Shown: positions 24,174-39,315, numbered from the stretch's first letter. The stretch is 64,000 bases of DNA from Proteromonas lacertae (GCA_002245135.1 NGBS01000876.1:186001-250000); one strand, 5' to 3'. Notes: generated by a model from the letters alone, not told the origin. Numbers and translations are program-made.

Positions 24174-24288
24174 TAATGTTAATAACTTTCTGGAATATTC
24201 AGTGATTTTAAATTCTATTCATATATTTTAAATGGTGATTTATCTAACTCAAATAACAAACAAAAAATATACAATTGTTATTTAAATT

Positions 24289-27200
24289 TCATATATCTGG
24301 AGGAATTGTTGTTTCAACTTTCATCTGTCTACGAAATTTGTAGCACTGATAAGCTGTTAACAGCTGCAAAACAGAATAATAATGTCTAATGTTATATTCA
24401 ATATCACGATTTGTAATACACTTCATTTTTTTATACTTTCTATTCCATGCTTTTACAGCTCTATGTTCTTGTGGAAGATCAATTTTGAAATGGTCATTTC
24501 CTCTTTCTCTTAAATCATCTTCAACAATTCTCTTAGCACATGCTAATAGTACATCACTAAAGTATATTCTTGGCTCACCCTTATCTCTTTTATACATTGG
24601 AATTTTCATTTTGGCTATTCTTTTCCTTCTTTCTTCACCAATTATATCATCTTCAAAACCCATTGGCGGTGGTATTTGTCCAAATAAATCATCTAATAAT
24701 GATAAAGGAATTGAACATTTTGCATCAGTATCAAATTCATTCCATATTCTTACAAACTCTTCATATTGTTCTGGACTTAATTTGGCATTTTCACTATGAC
24801 TTACATTACCAAAACCATCCAAAATAACACCAATAAATAACTGAACTAATATTGAACTAATAATCAATGAAAATGAATAAAAGTACATGTATGATAACCA
24901 ATTACCACATCCATTTAATTCTATGCAATCTGAATCATTACTATTTAAACAATAATTGGAATTATAGGGAGGATCATCTACACATTCTGTATTGACAGTA
25001 CAATCATACATCAAGTAATTCCATATTTCACCTGTTCCACTTCTAACTAATGTTAAAAAGGCATATCCAAAATTATGAAAGTTAATTTGATCATTCAATA
25101 TCATTCCTGGTTTAACTTTTGCAAATAATTGAACTCCTATTGTCGTATAGATGAATAACATTAATAACAATATTCCACTTACATTTACTAGTGATGGCAA
25201 TGTTAAAACTAAAGTGTTAAACAAAATTCTAAGAGATTTCATATTTTGTATTAACCTAAATATTCTTCCTATTCTAAAAGTCCTAATAATTATTAAGACA
25301 CTTAAATTTGTATTAGATATTGCATATTTCAGAATCAAACCAACATCACTTCCAATTGTTATTAACATGTCAAATATATTCCAATTATCTTTTAAGTATT
25401 GTTTTATTCCTAATGCAATTATCTTTAATACCATTTCAACAGTAAATATGGTAGTAAAAATTACATTTAGATAATCCATTGCTTGAGAAAAAGCATAAGG
25501 TTCACCAAAATGACTACAAGCCATAAATATTGTATTAATTATAATACAAACCATTATTGCTAAATCAAATTTCTTATGCCTAATTAAATTATAACATTTC
25601 TGTCTATAAATGTTCTTTGGTCTTTTAAAAGGTCTTTGTATTTTCATTGCCAATAATGATTCTTGTAAATCAACCCATTCTCTTTGTTCATCAGTTAAAA
25701 ACAAATGATCTTTTCCTAACTTATGTTTCATTTCATTGAAGTTCTTAATAATAATACCAACGAATAAGTTCAATATAAAGAATGATCCAACAATAATGAA
25801 TATAATGAAATATAAGCACCAAGCTTTATTTGAATCAACAACTGGTTGCATATCAATTCCTCTTCCATCTAAACCTATATACATTATACTTTGCCATCCT
25901 TCGGTTGTAGTCATTTCATATAAAGTCATAAAACTTTCCAAAATGTTATTGAAATTCTCAGGACAGTGATATTCACTATTCCATTCACATTTCATCCATA
26001 AACAAACAGATTTTGATGTTACTTCAGTATATTGACCTTCAAACCATCCTTTTTCTTCAACTGTTAAATTATCATAGTTTCTTGGATAAATAATCAATTC
26101 TTGTTGATCTTCTGTCAAAAAATCAAAATTATCACCACTACAACCATAATTTAATCCTTTAAAATAATTTGTTCCAATAATAGCAAAGACTAAAAATATC
26201 AATACACTAATAAAGAATATATTCACTACACCAATCATTGAATTAAGTAATGCATTTGTAACTAGTTTTAAACCTGGATTTCTATTGATTAATCTCAATG
26301 GTCTAACGGCTCTTAAACTTCTTAAAGCTCGAAATGAATTGATATTTGCTTTTATATCAGCAAATGAAATTAATGATACAATTACTACAAAACAATCTAA
26401 AATATTCCATGCATCTCTCAAATAACTATTTTTATTAAATAATACTCCATAACATATCATTTTTAATAACATTTCTAGTGTAAAAAATACTGTAAGAATA
26501 ATGTCAATATAATGCAAAATCAGACTTAAAACTCCATTTGGATCATCCAGTGGATTTTCTATCGCTAATGTGATTGAACTGACAAATATAATTACTAATA
26601 TGAATCTATTAAACCATTTGTTCTGGACAATGGAACAAACAAATCTACGAAACTTATTTTCTGGCGAAAAGAGAAAAAATGATTTTCCAAATAATTCAAT
26701 ATCACTTTCACTATTTACAGAAACACTTTTTATGAAATAATCATCCACATCAAAACTACTGTTTGAGAAAGATCTTGACAATTTAGAACTTCTTCTTATT
26801 GATATAAAGGACTTTCTTTTGAATGATTCTTTTGATTTATTATCGTTTTTATTACTCTTTTCTTCATCTTCTATTCTTTGTTTTTTCATAAATGCTGCGA
26901 CTGTTACTTGTTTTAATTCTCTCCATTCTTCATTTTCTTCTTGTGATAATCTCATTGATGATCTTCTGCTTGGAGTAGGTGATGATCCAATTCCACAATT
27001 TGGACTGTTACTGTTAATAGGAATTGATGATTGACTTGGAAATTGTTGTTGTAGTTCTGGTTGTTTCTTTGAGGATGATTCTACTAAGTGTGGTTGAACA
27101 GATTTATTACGATTCTTTAATAATTTGATATTTACTGGAGGAGGAGATAGTAATGTAGATGGTGGTTTTATTAAAGTAGATGATTTATTCCCAATCATTG

Positions 27201-29862
27201 ACCTTCTAGTAGTTGTTTTTTTCATTATTCCATTTGCTTGCAACTGATTATTTTGATTTGCATGAACTGGAGAAATTGGAGGTAAGATAAATGATGTTTT
27301 CTGTGATAGCGGAAGAATATTATCTGCAGCGCTAATATCACTTATTTCTGAACCAACTCTAGTTAGTCTTTTATTCCTTCTGCATAAAGTACAACCTCCG
27401 CAACTAACAGCATCAAGAATATTAGACATTGCACTTATCCTACATAAAAATATAATGTAAAGAAATACATGCTAGTTTTCATTCTTTCAAAACTTAAATT
27501 AGAATCATCAACACTAAAATTACCAAGTAAAATAGCTAAAAATAGATTCAAAACAATCCAATTTCCAATAATAATCAAATTGAATGTATATAATTCACTC
27601 CATGCTGAAGTGGCTCTTCTTTGATCATACATTACCAAATTATAATTATCAATTGCTAAATGCTGAAAAACAGTCATAAACGAATAATAAAAATCATCAT
27701 ATCTACATCTTGATACTAAACTTGTATTATAACCATCTTCACCAATCTGAATTTGAAATCCTGTGATTGGATCAAAATGGAATTCTTTGGCAAAGAATTG
27801 CATACCAACTAATGATTCAATATAAATATATAACAGAAATAAAACAAAGAAATTCAATACATCATCAATGGATTTGCTCAACATCTTCAATAATTCTTGC
27901 AAAGATCTCCAAGATTTAATTAATTTGAATAATCTTAATAATCTAAATGACTTTAATGCAGACATTCCACTTGAATGAATGTCATTATTTGAATAGAAAA
28001 AAGAAGGAGGAGAAATCGATAATTCTATTATACTAATAATCACTACTAACATATCAAAAACATTGAATTTATCTGACAAATAGAACGTGAAACCAAATGC
28101 AATTATTTTGATTATCATTTCAAATATAAACACAATTGTAAGAATGAAGTTAATAATCTCACTCACTTGTTGTACTTTTAAATTAACTAATTATAATATA
28201 TATTAATATATTATACTTGGATATGAATCTAATGAAAGAACAACAGTATTAAGCAACACACTAAAAACCATAAAAAATTGAAATTTATTACTCATTACAA
28301 TTCTAAATGAATATTTCACTAATGGATTATTACTGTTTCCTCTTCTACCTAATTCAATACTTTTCGTCACAATCTTTTCCCCTTCTCTTTCAGCTTTAGT
28401 TTTTGCTTCTAATTGTTGTTGTAATCTAATTTCAGATCTTGCTTCATTAAATTTAGTCAAAATAACAGCTAATATTAAATTCAATAAGAAATAATTTCCA
28501 AATATGATTAGTATAATAAACCATAATGGAGGTAACCAATCATTATCACTGTCCATAAACATATACATCAAATCACTCCATCCTTCGAGTGTAATACTTT
28601 GTAATATAATCATAGTAAGATCAATAATGCTATCAAAATTAGCATAACCATAACTAAATTCTTCATAGAATTCAGCTTCATGAATATAATCTCTTTTATT
28701 GTCTATAAATCTTTGATTTCCATATTCATCCCAGTTACTTCCGCATGTATAACCATTTCTACAATTATAACCTCCACATAGTCGTATATTGTCTTGATCA
28801 GTTGGCCATACACATATTCTACCTATCAAAATACAATAATAATTATAATAAATACTTTCTTTCCAAGGAGAAGTATTCTGATTCCATTCTTCATCATCCA
28901 ATGGTATTATTGCTGAAATATTATCATCATAATGACAATAGGGAAATAAATCTCTATTATACACAATATCATACACTATAGAAGCGTTTGGCTTGCCTTC
29001 AATAAACCATTCTAACTCCAAATCTGTATATTGATCATATATACTTCTATTGACAGATATTGGATACTCAGTTAATCTACATCTTTGATGAATTCTACCT
29101 TGAAAGAATTGAAGTGAAACAATTCCAAATATTGAAAATATAAATAATAATAATAAAAGAACATTTAACAATCCTGGCAACGAAGATAATAATGCGATAA
29201 CTAATCCTTTCATACTTGGCACTAAATACAAAATACATAAATAGAATATATTACTATATACATCTATTCAGTGTTCGAAGTGGTCTTAATAATCTGAATA
29301 TATGAAATACGGCAAATGTCTTTAATTCTGGTATAAATCCTAATATACTTGTTACAACAACGATGAAATCGATCCAATTCCAACCGTCATGTAAATAAGC
29401 TCCTTCACCATATATAAACCCCATTCCTATTATTTTCAACACTGCTTCAATAGTGAATATAATTGTGAAGGGTAATTCCGTATATTCTATAATTTCGTTT
29501 CTTATTGACTTTTTATCTAATCCAGTTTCTGGATCAAATCCTATATGCGATGGAAACTATATAAATAATAATAAAATTATTAATATACTTTTGTTTCATA
29601 GTCTAAACAATCATAATCTGTTAATCCTAATAAAATAGAGTTTAATAATATAAATATCAAAATGACTATATCGAAAAAACGGTTTGTAATGATCCTAATA
29701 ACTAATTTCCTAAACTTATTATCTATATTGAAGAAGAACAACGAATTATCTGCAAATTTGTATGCCTTGTTATTTGAATAGAAGTTATATTTTGATAACT
29801 GCTCTAATATTTTGTCCCTAGTTCTAATTCAAGAAATTAAAAGACTGTGTATACTTTCCCAT
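24289..29862 (-). CDS. Four-domain voltage-gated Ca2+/Na+ channel alpha subunit
   Basis: Four S4 segments (e.g. RALRSLRAVRPLR), pore loops TLEGW / AIDNY / TTEGW / TGEIW, C-terminal EF-hand-like region. ATG 29862 with an 8-nt first exon and 6 short introns. Confidence 0.93.
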
Positions 29863-30322
29863 AAATATTCTTTTAGTAATGTGTGAAAATGAATTTTAGG
29901 AAGATTTACCCTGTTTTCAAATTTATTAAAATGATGACTAAGCAAAAAAATAGAAAATAGTGAAACGTCAGGGTTAGAATGGTGTTTAACTCAAGAAAAA
30001 TGTATTTCTATTCAATGCCTATGTTTTTATCAATTGGGTTATTATTTCATCTGCTACAATCAAGGAATTATTTGTAAATGTCTTGATGATATTAACATAT
30101 CTTCATTATTCGTTTTATTTTATTGTAAAAAATAATTATCTAAGTTATATTGAATTAATGGACCATTAGATTGTGAGAAAATGAAGAAATATTAAATCTA
30201 TTTTGAAATTCAAACGAATATATTTTTGAAACTATTAATTCGTTAACAAATAGCGCAGCATTATTAATAATATCATTAAAATATAAACAACAATAAAGTA
30301 AAAGTAAATATTAATATATCTA

Positions 30323-31366
30323 TTAATAATCTGTTATATAATGAGCAATTGTCTTTGCTTTCATACCAATTGTTCCTCCTATCTTTATTAATCTCTGAAC
30401 TTCATTTAAAGCATTTCTAAGTAATGCTATCGAATTATCTCGAAGATTTCTTTTATATGGCAAGTCATCATTTCTATTGATTGGGGTTGTTAAAGGATCA
30501 AGAAATCCTTCCAAAAATGTCAATGCATTAATAATATACAAATCAATACTGGATTTAATTAATGGAATAAATCGAGGTAAAAATAGGAATAATACTTCAT
30601 ATGTATATACAAATCTTCCTCTATAATTCTCGGGTAAATTATTTACACTCACGTCTAAGAATGAAGATACCAAACCATAATCAAACGTATTGAGTATATT
30701 ATTGAAAGCTTTAAGGTAATTGTTATGTGCTACTAAATCAAGTGCAATCTAAATAAATTAATGATATACAATATATTTAATATTACATACTTCTAACTGA
30801 GATTGTCGATTTAATAGAATTGTTCTTACTAAACTGGAGTCTGATACCACTTCTTGTACTGAATTAGACTAATTACATAATATTATTATACAGCAATATA
30901 TACTGAATTTGAATAATGTCTTTGAGGAGGTAGTTTTGATGGACTGTTTCTTCGTTTTTGTTGCTGTGGTTGTGGTCTTTCTTCTTTACGATCAGCTCTA
31001 AGAGGAGGATCATTTCTTGATTGAGATTTTATATAAAAAGTATAGACTATAGGTGAACCTCCAAATTTTATTCTATCTCCGTCATTTAAATATACTTTTT
31101 CTTTTTTACGTAATATATCATTCACATAAGTCCCGTTTGAAGAAGTTTCTTCATACACAAACTAACAAAATAATAAATGGTTGATACAATGTTATCTTGT
31201 GTTAATCTAATGTATCCATGGTGATTTGATACGCTTGGTTCTTTAATTACCTAAAATGAGTTTAAAGAATAAATACAATATCAGCTTTTGGATCTCTCCC
31301 TATCATAGTTTCATGATGAATCAGATCTATGATTTCAGCATCACTAACAAGTGTAGCATAAGCCAT
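30323..31366 (-). CDS. FHA domain + katanin p80 C-terminal (con80)-like domain protein
   Basis: FHA: IGRDP, SVSNHH, SSNGTYVN, GDRIKFG. C-terminal ILLNRQSQL...FLPRFIPLIKSSIDLYIINAL...GGTIG resembles the katanin p80/KATNBL1 con80 domain. Confidence 0.7.
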
Positions 31367-31436
31367 TATTTTAATTTTTAAAAACTGAAGTTCTTGGTGC
31401 GGAATAAAACTCCCCAAAATTCATTTTTGTCATTTC

Positions 31437-32753
31437 ATGGAAGTCGAAGAGGGAGCTGATAAATACACAGTATTTGCTTTAAACCTTGTATCCAAGAACA
31501 AAAAAGTTCAAAATGATAGTATTGAAACACTTAAAAAGTATAATTCAAATAATTATATTTGATGTAGATTTTTCTCAAGAACAAAACCATTTAACGAAGA
31601 AGAATTGCAAAAATTTATGGAAGCTATATATTATGCAATGTGGAGTGCTGATGGTGAAGAATGTCAGTTTGCTTTTATAGATGTAATTTGTAAATTAATA
31701 TATTGTCGTCCAACAAATGAAGAAAGTGTTAAATATATAGATTCAATTTTCACTATTTTGGTTGATAAATGGTCAGGTATAGATTACCACCGAGTTGATA
31801 AATTTTACAAGTTAATACGTAACTTTTTATATGAAACATTTGTATTTTTACATAAATGTGAATGGAAATCCGAATTAGTTAATTCATTTGTAGAAATTTT
31901 AGAAAAAATCTTTAGTAATGTAGAAGAAGGAGCGAAAAACCATATTTTAGATATATTTTATGAAGAATTGAATATTGCTGATAAATCTATTCCAGGTGAT
32001 ATTCTGAAACAATTCTTCACATTTTTCTTAGATCATTTTATAAATGAAAATAAATTTGAAGTAAAAAGATATGTTGATGATATATTTAAAGGTTTAATAA
32101 ATACTTATGAATTATTTAGTGATAGTAACAAAAACAATGATGAAAAGAAAAAGAAGAAGAAGAATAAGAAGCAATCAAAACAAAAGAAAGAAAATAATGA
32201 TGAAGTAAAAGAAGAAGGAGAAGAAGAAGGAGAGGATAAAAAAGTATTTTATAACTGTGATATAAGAGATTATTTACAATTATTATTCACCTATGCATCT
32301 GTAAAGAAAATGAATGGTAAAAGAAGAAAAGTATTGTATGAAATATATAATGAATATAAAAATAAAGCGATAGAATTATTCCCAAATTCTGGAATGCCTG
32401 ATGTTGTTCTTCCAGTAGAAACAGCTGAGAATTTGGAAGAAATTGAAAAAATAAATGACATAAAAGAGAGTAATATCGAAGAAGAAGAATCTTTGGATGA
32501 AGAAGATAATGATGAAAATGATGAAGAAGATGAAGATGTAGAAGATGTAGAAGAAAATAAAGAGGATAATAAAAAAGAAAAATCAAAGAAGAGAAAGAGA
32601 GTATCATTCAACGATGTTCCATTAGATGAAAATAATGAACCATACACTAAAAGACCAAAGATTAGATATCCAAGTGTAAAGAAACAAAAAGCAAAGATGG
32701 TGAAAGTGAAAATGCCAAAGAGAAGAGTTGGTAAAAAGAGAAGAAAGGTGTAA
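31437..32753 (+). CDS. RRP1: Nucleolar rRNA processing protein Rrp1/Nop52
   Basis: YYAMWSAD, WSGIDYHRVDKFYKLIR, acidic/basic tail with KRVSF PP1-docking motif. One intron near 31538-31567. Confidence 0.9.
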
Positions 32754-32901
32754 ACAATGAGAGTATGTTTTTTTTTAGTTTTTTATTGATGTTTTGATTC
32801 ATTACTATTTTTTCCACTAAATCATTCATAAACACTAATAATAATAAGAAGAAGAAGAAAAATATAATCACTCTCTCTTCCCCAAATTAATGTGTAATTA
32901 A

Positions 32902-33954
32902 TTAATTAATTTGTTCTTTTTCCCATTCTTTATCTTCAATATTCTGTTTAAACAAACAAACATCTTCATCACCTGAAGCAACAGCTAAACATTGTCCACT
33001 ATGATTCCAATTCACATTCCACACAATACCATTCATTGTTGCAATATTCTTATGACTCCAATCGCCATTTAATTCATTTTGACTCCAAATCATCACTTGC
33101 TTATCATTACCTCCACTAGCTATTGTATTTGAAGGTAAACCTGCTGAAGGTGACCAACTTACACTTCTAACTGAATCTTTATGACCTGATAATTCGAATT
33201 CTTTTTTCCATTCATTTTCTACACCAAAGGCATTAGAACCACCTACTGCATTACTATTTGAACAATGACTGTAAATTCTAATTACATTATCACTTGAACC
33301 ACAGACAAATCGATATATTGTGTGATTACTTTTATCTTGATAACCTAAATGATGGAATGGTGCCCAGCTAATTGAATTAATTCCCATATTACAGCATTTA
33401 ATACTTTTCTTCTCCCAAGTACTGTCAGCTATACAATATAAATAATATTTTTAATTATAAATACGTCTGAATGATAGTAAATATATGACTCCATCGGCTG
33501 AACCACAACATAAGACTAATCCTAGTTCATGAGGTCCCCATGCTAAGCAATTAATTGATAAATTATTTTCATGAAATGTATAAACAGCATCAAAACGACC
33601 ACGGGATACTTCTTTGTGAATCACTACACTTCCATCATATGAGCAGGATGCAAGATAAATTCCATTTTTAGGATGAGACCAGACTACTTGCCACACTGGA
33701 CCTGAATGACTATTAAATAAAATTGATAAATTATTGAAAATACACAGCAAGTTCAGCAATTTGAGCAGAATTTTCACCATTTACATCAAATATTTTAATT
33801 TTTCCATCTGAAGAACATGTTGCTAGTTTTGTTCCATAAAAGTCAAGTTCTGCGTCATGCTATTATCATACACTAAATATGGTAGAAATACGATCATATC
33901 TTCATGGTTTGTTTGAATACATGCAGTTGATACTTGTGGCTGGGGAGATTCCAT
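32902..33954 (-). CDS. SEC13: Sec13 WD40 protein (COPII/nucleoporin)
   Basis: [44 protein letters not shown]. Confidence 0.95.
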
Positions 33955-34137
33955 AGAAAAGAAAGATTAAATATTTGAGAATTTTATGCAAAATAGATTA
34001 TCAAGCATGCATTCGAACTTCCATAATTTTTATTTTCCCAAACAAAACATTTATTAAGATGAGTATACCATTAATTAGTAATAATAATAGTGCAAAGAGA
34101 GATAATGAGTTCAAATTAATGTTGTAGTTGATAATGT

Positions 34138-37100
34138 CTATATATCATCATCACTATCCAACATATTATTCTCTTCAACATGACCACTCAATGGATCTTC
34201 GTCATTATTATTATCTTCATCAGAAAGAATTGAATCACCTTTAATTGTTGGTAGTTGATCTTCATCTAATGGTGGTTGTACTTCTTCTGGTTTTTCATCC
34301 TCTGGTTCAGCAAATTCATTTACTTCTTCTTCTTCTTCTTCTTCTTCTTTTGGTTTTTCTTCTTCCTCCTCTTGTTGTTGTGGTTTTGGCTCTTCTATTT
34401 CTTCTTCTTCTTCTTCTTGTGGTGCTGGAGGTGCAGATTCATCAGCTTCAACTACATCATTATCAACAACTAATTCATTCTCATTCTCATTCTCTTTATG
34501 GATAATGGCTGTTTGAAATTCTGGTGATTGTTCCTCTGCTTCTGGATCAGCATCTTCTTCATTATAGTATTGTTCATCTTCTTCCTGTTGTTGTTGTTTT
34601 TGTTGTTGTTTTGTTGTTTCTGTTGATCTTGTTGTCGTTGTTCTTGATAATCTCTTTCTTGTTGATCAATATTAATATTAATCTTTAAACCGCTGTTATT
34701 CAATGCTTCTTGTACTACAGTCTTTTGTTCTTCAGTATATTCATCTAAATAACTATTTACTTCAATATCAGGATGATCTTTTATATAATTACACATCATT
34801 CTCAAATGAGATGAGTAAGGAATAATATAATTTTGTACTTTTTCGATTTCTTCTCGAATTATATCAAACATGGTGATTAAATATTCATCTCCAAATTCAT
34901 GTTGATCAGCTAAGGATCTTAATAAATCACCAAACATTCTACCATGAACTGTATATACTTCTTCAGTAATTTCGTCTACTTTAGCATAACATAATTCACA
35001 GAGTAATAAGTAAAATGAGTTGTACATTTGAGTACCATATGTTTTCCATGTTCTACAGTTGAATAATTGAGAATATAACTTCAATGTTTGAATTAAATCA
35101 TAGTGAACGAATGGTTCATTATTATTGTTTCTTTCTACAAAGGCTAATCTGTTAATTATCTTATTAATCAATGTAAATTGTGCTTCATATTCAATACCTT
35201 CTGGTTCTAATTTAATCAACATATTGATGATTGCTTTTAATACTTCTTGACCTGTATAAATGTGAGTCATATGAGATATCAATCCATGAATATAACCTTT
35301 GTATTTCTCTACTTGTTCATCAGCTAATGGTGGATAGGTTATTGTAGCAATTAAGTGTTTGAATAATTGAGATTTGTTATTATCAGATACTTCACTAATG
35401 AATAATTCATTGTTTAGGATTGTTGATAGACATAATGTTACATTATAAATCATTGCTACATCCATTTCAGTTAATGGAATAACTTTAGTACCTCTTGCTA
35501 CAACCAATATGTTTAACAACTTCTCAATAATACGGTTAATATCAAAGGTTGTAGGTATATTTGGATAATCACATATTGTTAATAAATCTTGCATTAATTT
35601 AGTAGTCTTATTGTATGGTTTTGGTTCTTTTGTTGCTAAAGATTGTGGGAAGCAAAGAATTGAATATTTATCTAAGATAATATCAAATTGAGTGATTAAA
35701 TCATTGTATAATTTAGTATAATAGTCTTCATCAGGTAATTCCTGTTCTAATGATTCTTCTGGTGGCATTGATTCATCTACTTCTTGTATAGATGTATTTA
35801 CATCAAATCTATAATCAGCCATTCTTGAGCTAACACTTCTATTACTTGCAGTGCTTTTACTTCTTTCTACATTATTACTTGATGTTGATCTAGATTCTTT
35901 TTCTTTTGGTATTTCCTGATTGACTAATTCTTCAGATTCTTCAGCTGGTGGTTCTTCATATTGATCTTCATTAGGTGAATATTTACGTTGATCATCTTCA
36001 ACATCTTGTTCGAATGAGTTTTCATCTTCAATATCAACATCTTCAACTTCAATATCTGGATTTTGTACTAACATTAATGTATGTTCATCATTCTCTAATT
36101 CAGGGAAATATTGTAAGAAATCTGATAAATCCATCTTAGTGAATTGATATATTAATCTCAAAATATCAATACAAGTTGGACGATAAGCTTTCTTATGTAA
36201 ATAAGCCATCACAATTGGTTGAACTGGTTCAATATCCTTATCTTCAAGATTAATCATAAATAAATCTCTAATTGTATTCAAACATTCTCTTCTTTGTATT
36301 CTAGTTACATACTCTTGAATTGTTTCAATTAATGATTGGAATATAACATCTCTTGAATATATTAATGAAATATGACAGATTGCTTCTCTACCAGATTGTC
36401 TTACATCCTTCTTCTTATTGGGGAAGATACTGTCTAATATTGGTTTATAGATAATCTCCCATTCTTCATCTAACATTTGGTATCTTATATCATATAAGAA
36501 CATAGTAATATCAGTTAATGTTTTCATTGTCTTAATGTTTGGAACAGTGTAAGATTTCTTAGAAATTGCTGATTTGAAGATGTATAATATAATATCGAAT
36601 ATTGATGCATAATTATGAGCATTTCTAATATCATTTCTTCCTTCTAATAATATATCATAAGCAGCAAAGTAATCAATATCTCTCACTATCTTTCTAGTCA
36701 CTAATTCAAAGAATTTAGTTGGAACGAATGGTTTCATTTTCTTGTAGATTGTGTAAACATGAACATGCTTCTTTTTCTCAGGTAAACCGTAGTATTGTCT
36801 GTTATATTCTTCTTCACTATCCACTTCAGTATCAGATACTTCACCAGTATAATAATCAGGGTAGAATTTAAGATGACTTAATCTTTCATACTTTTCATCT
36901 TTTGAACATAAGCTGAATAAAGTGACTATTGGTTCTTTCTCTTCTGCTTTTAATCCTCCACTTGTTTTCTTCTTTCTTAATGATTTATTTAATCTTGATT
37001 TTCTAGCTTTCTTTGTTGCTTCGCTCTTCTTTTGATTCATTTCTGTTACATCCTCTGGTTTTTGTGTCTTACTAGTACCTCTTCTTTGTTTAACTTTCAA

Positions 37101-37367
37101 TGAGTTATATTTGAATGGAATTGGATTAATATCATTATCTTTATAAACCCAATATAACTTCTCTTTAATAGCAGCATTAGAATCAGCAATATTCACTATT
37201 AAATCCTTTGATACTTTAGGAATTAAACAGGCCATTACATCAGCAGCAATATCTCTTGTTTGTTCACTGTTATGGATTAATACTTTGGCAACATGGCGTG
37301 TTGTATCAACTAACTTTTCTTTCAAACTTTTGGCATACTTTAATAACCATTTTAATATATCATATTT

Positions 37368-37405
<38 letters not shown>

Positions 37406-38747
37406 TATATACGTTAGTCATATTAATAGCATTACATATATATGGCATAATACTATTAAATATCTCTTTCATTACACTTTCACCATAATGACACCAACTA
37501 TCTAAAGTGTTATATAATACAGTAATAAACTGTCTTTGTTTACTATTAGTAAATGCCATTAATGTTGGCATAATGATATGATTGTATTGTATAATGTTAT
37601 TACTACCAGATTTACCTATATAACCAACAAATTCTAATAATATCAACTGTAAATTGGCATTTTTATCAGTTTCTAGTTTATTCTTTGCTGCTTTCAATAG
37701 ATTCACAATTACAGTTGGTATGTTTGGTGTAAAATGTTGTGTTTGTAATAATAATCCACAATCGATATAGGCTTGTTTCATTACTGCCCAGTTAGCTGCT
37801 CTGGCTGTTATTATGGCATGGTACTTTGTTATTTCTCTCATTGCATCACTGTCGTGATATTTGAACTTGGATGGTGAAGAGGATGATTCGTTTAATGCCA
37901 CTATATATATAATATAATATAATATAAATATACTCTTTGATTCTACTTTTCTTTGTACTTTAGGAGGACATTCATTGATAATATTCTCCTTATCATCAGG
38001 AAACTTCTGTACAAATCCACTTACTAACTCAACTATAGCTTCTTGTACATAAATGCTTGTATCTAAACAACAACTATTGAATTTATCAGTTAGAATGAGA
38101 TCATGAACCATGTCGATTGTGTAGTTGTCACTTTCTGATATAATATACTGTAAAGTGTTTAATCTGACATTCTCATATGGTTGATCAATACTAATATAGT
38201 CATAATAAAGGGAATAATCGAATTTTTCATCTTCTTGACCAATTCCGAATTGGTTTAAAGCGTTAAATGTTTCAACTATTATAAATTATAGAAAATTGAT
38301 ATACATATTGCACTTTGAAGCTCTTCAGCAAGAATTTTGAATAATCCCATTAAGAATTCAATTAAAAATTTACCCTAATGACATTAGATACTTATGAATT
38401 ATACTTTATCTGGGAATGGGCTTTGTAATTTAATTAAAATGTTTCTAATTGTAGTAACTCCTGATATAATCACTTGCAAATTTCCACTGGTAGAAGCTTC
38501 CATGAGTTGTTTTATAATTGAAGTACATTTGCTAGGAGCGAGACTGAAATCATCCTGACATGCTGAATTGATTTGTTCAAATGCACTAATTCGATCTTTA
38601 GGTTCGACACTCTTGAACTATAGAATTAATAAATGTGACAGTTGATACTGACTGTTGGATTGACAAATCCCTAAAAATCAAATCCACACTGGTCATTGAT
38701 TTTCTGTTGGAACTATTGAAAATAAATAACTGCGTTAAATACCTCAT
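34138..38747 (-). CDS. Large HEAT/TOG-repeat protein (XMAP215/CKAP5-like, divergent) with acidic tail; 1-nt frameshift near 34610
   Basis: 5-nt first exon (ATG 38747) and several short introns. HEAT-like helices AANWAVMKQAY...DKNANLQ, KKDVRQSGREAI. The acidic tail continues in another frame to TAG 34138. Confidence 0.6.
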
Positions 38748-39315
38748 CTATGCAAAATGAATTTTTTTGAAGTGACTTGATCAAACAAAAGCTCGAATGA
38801 TTCTAACGGTTAATCAAATGATTTAATTTGAAAATTTGAAATGGACTGAATACTTTTGATGTGAATGATTTTTATAAATGAATACCATGTAGTATATATA
38901 TTCAAAAATGCTTAAAATGGGAATAAAATATGCTAGATCCTCTGTTTACACATTTAGTTAAGAAAGTTATCTAAGGGTATTAACATTGTCATTTAAAATA
39001 AGATTGATAAATGATATTGTATTTAATACAATTTTCGTGTAAGTTATCCAAAAACTTCACATAGATTATAATTATTAAATATTATCTTATAAGATATACT
39101 TACACTTCTGTGAATATTTTCATTTGCTATTTTTTGAAGATTCAAATTATAAATGTTTTCTTTATTTTAATGCTTCTAACTATTGCTATGATCATAATTA
39201 CTTCATTTTTAATGTTTTTGTTCTCATTATGTTCACATTTATAAAGATATTTCAAAAATATCTTGGCTTGAGAAAAGCTCGAAACAGTTTTATATTTTTT
39301 ATTCTTATCTTCATA

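Noticed and set aside
34245..34505. Poly-Leu and poly-Phe ORFs
   Set aside because: Antisense of GAA (Glu) repeats in the frameshifted TOG-protein tail.
37372..37398. (TA)n run, and (TTA)n near 62650
   Set aside because: Simple intronic microsatellites expected at this AT content. Not CRISPR or mobile-element repeats.
38601..38610. GGTTCGA resembling a tRNA T-loop
   Set aside because: Lies within a minus-strand coding exon, with no cloverleaf around it.
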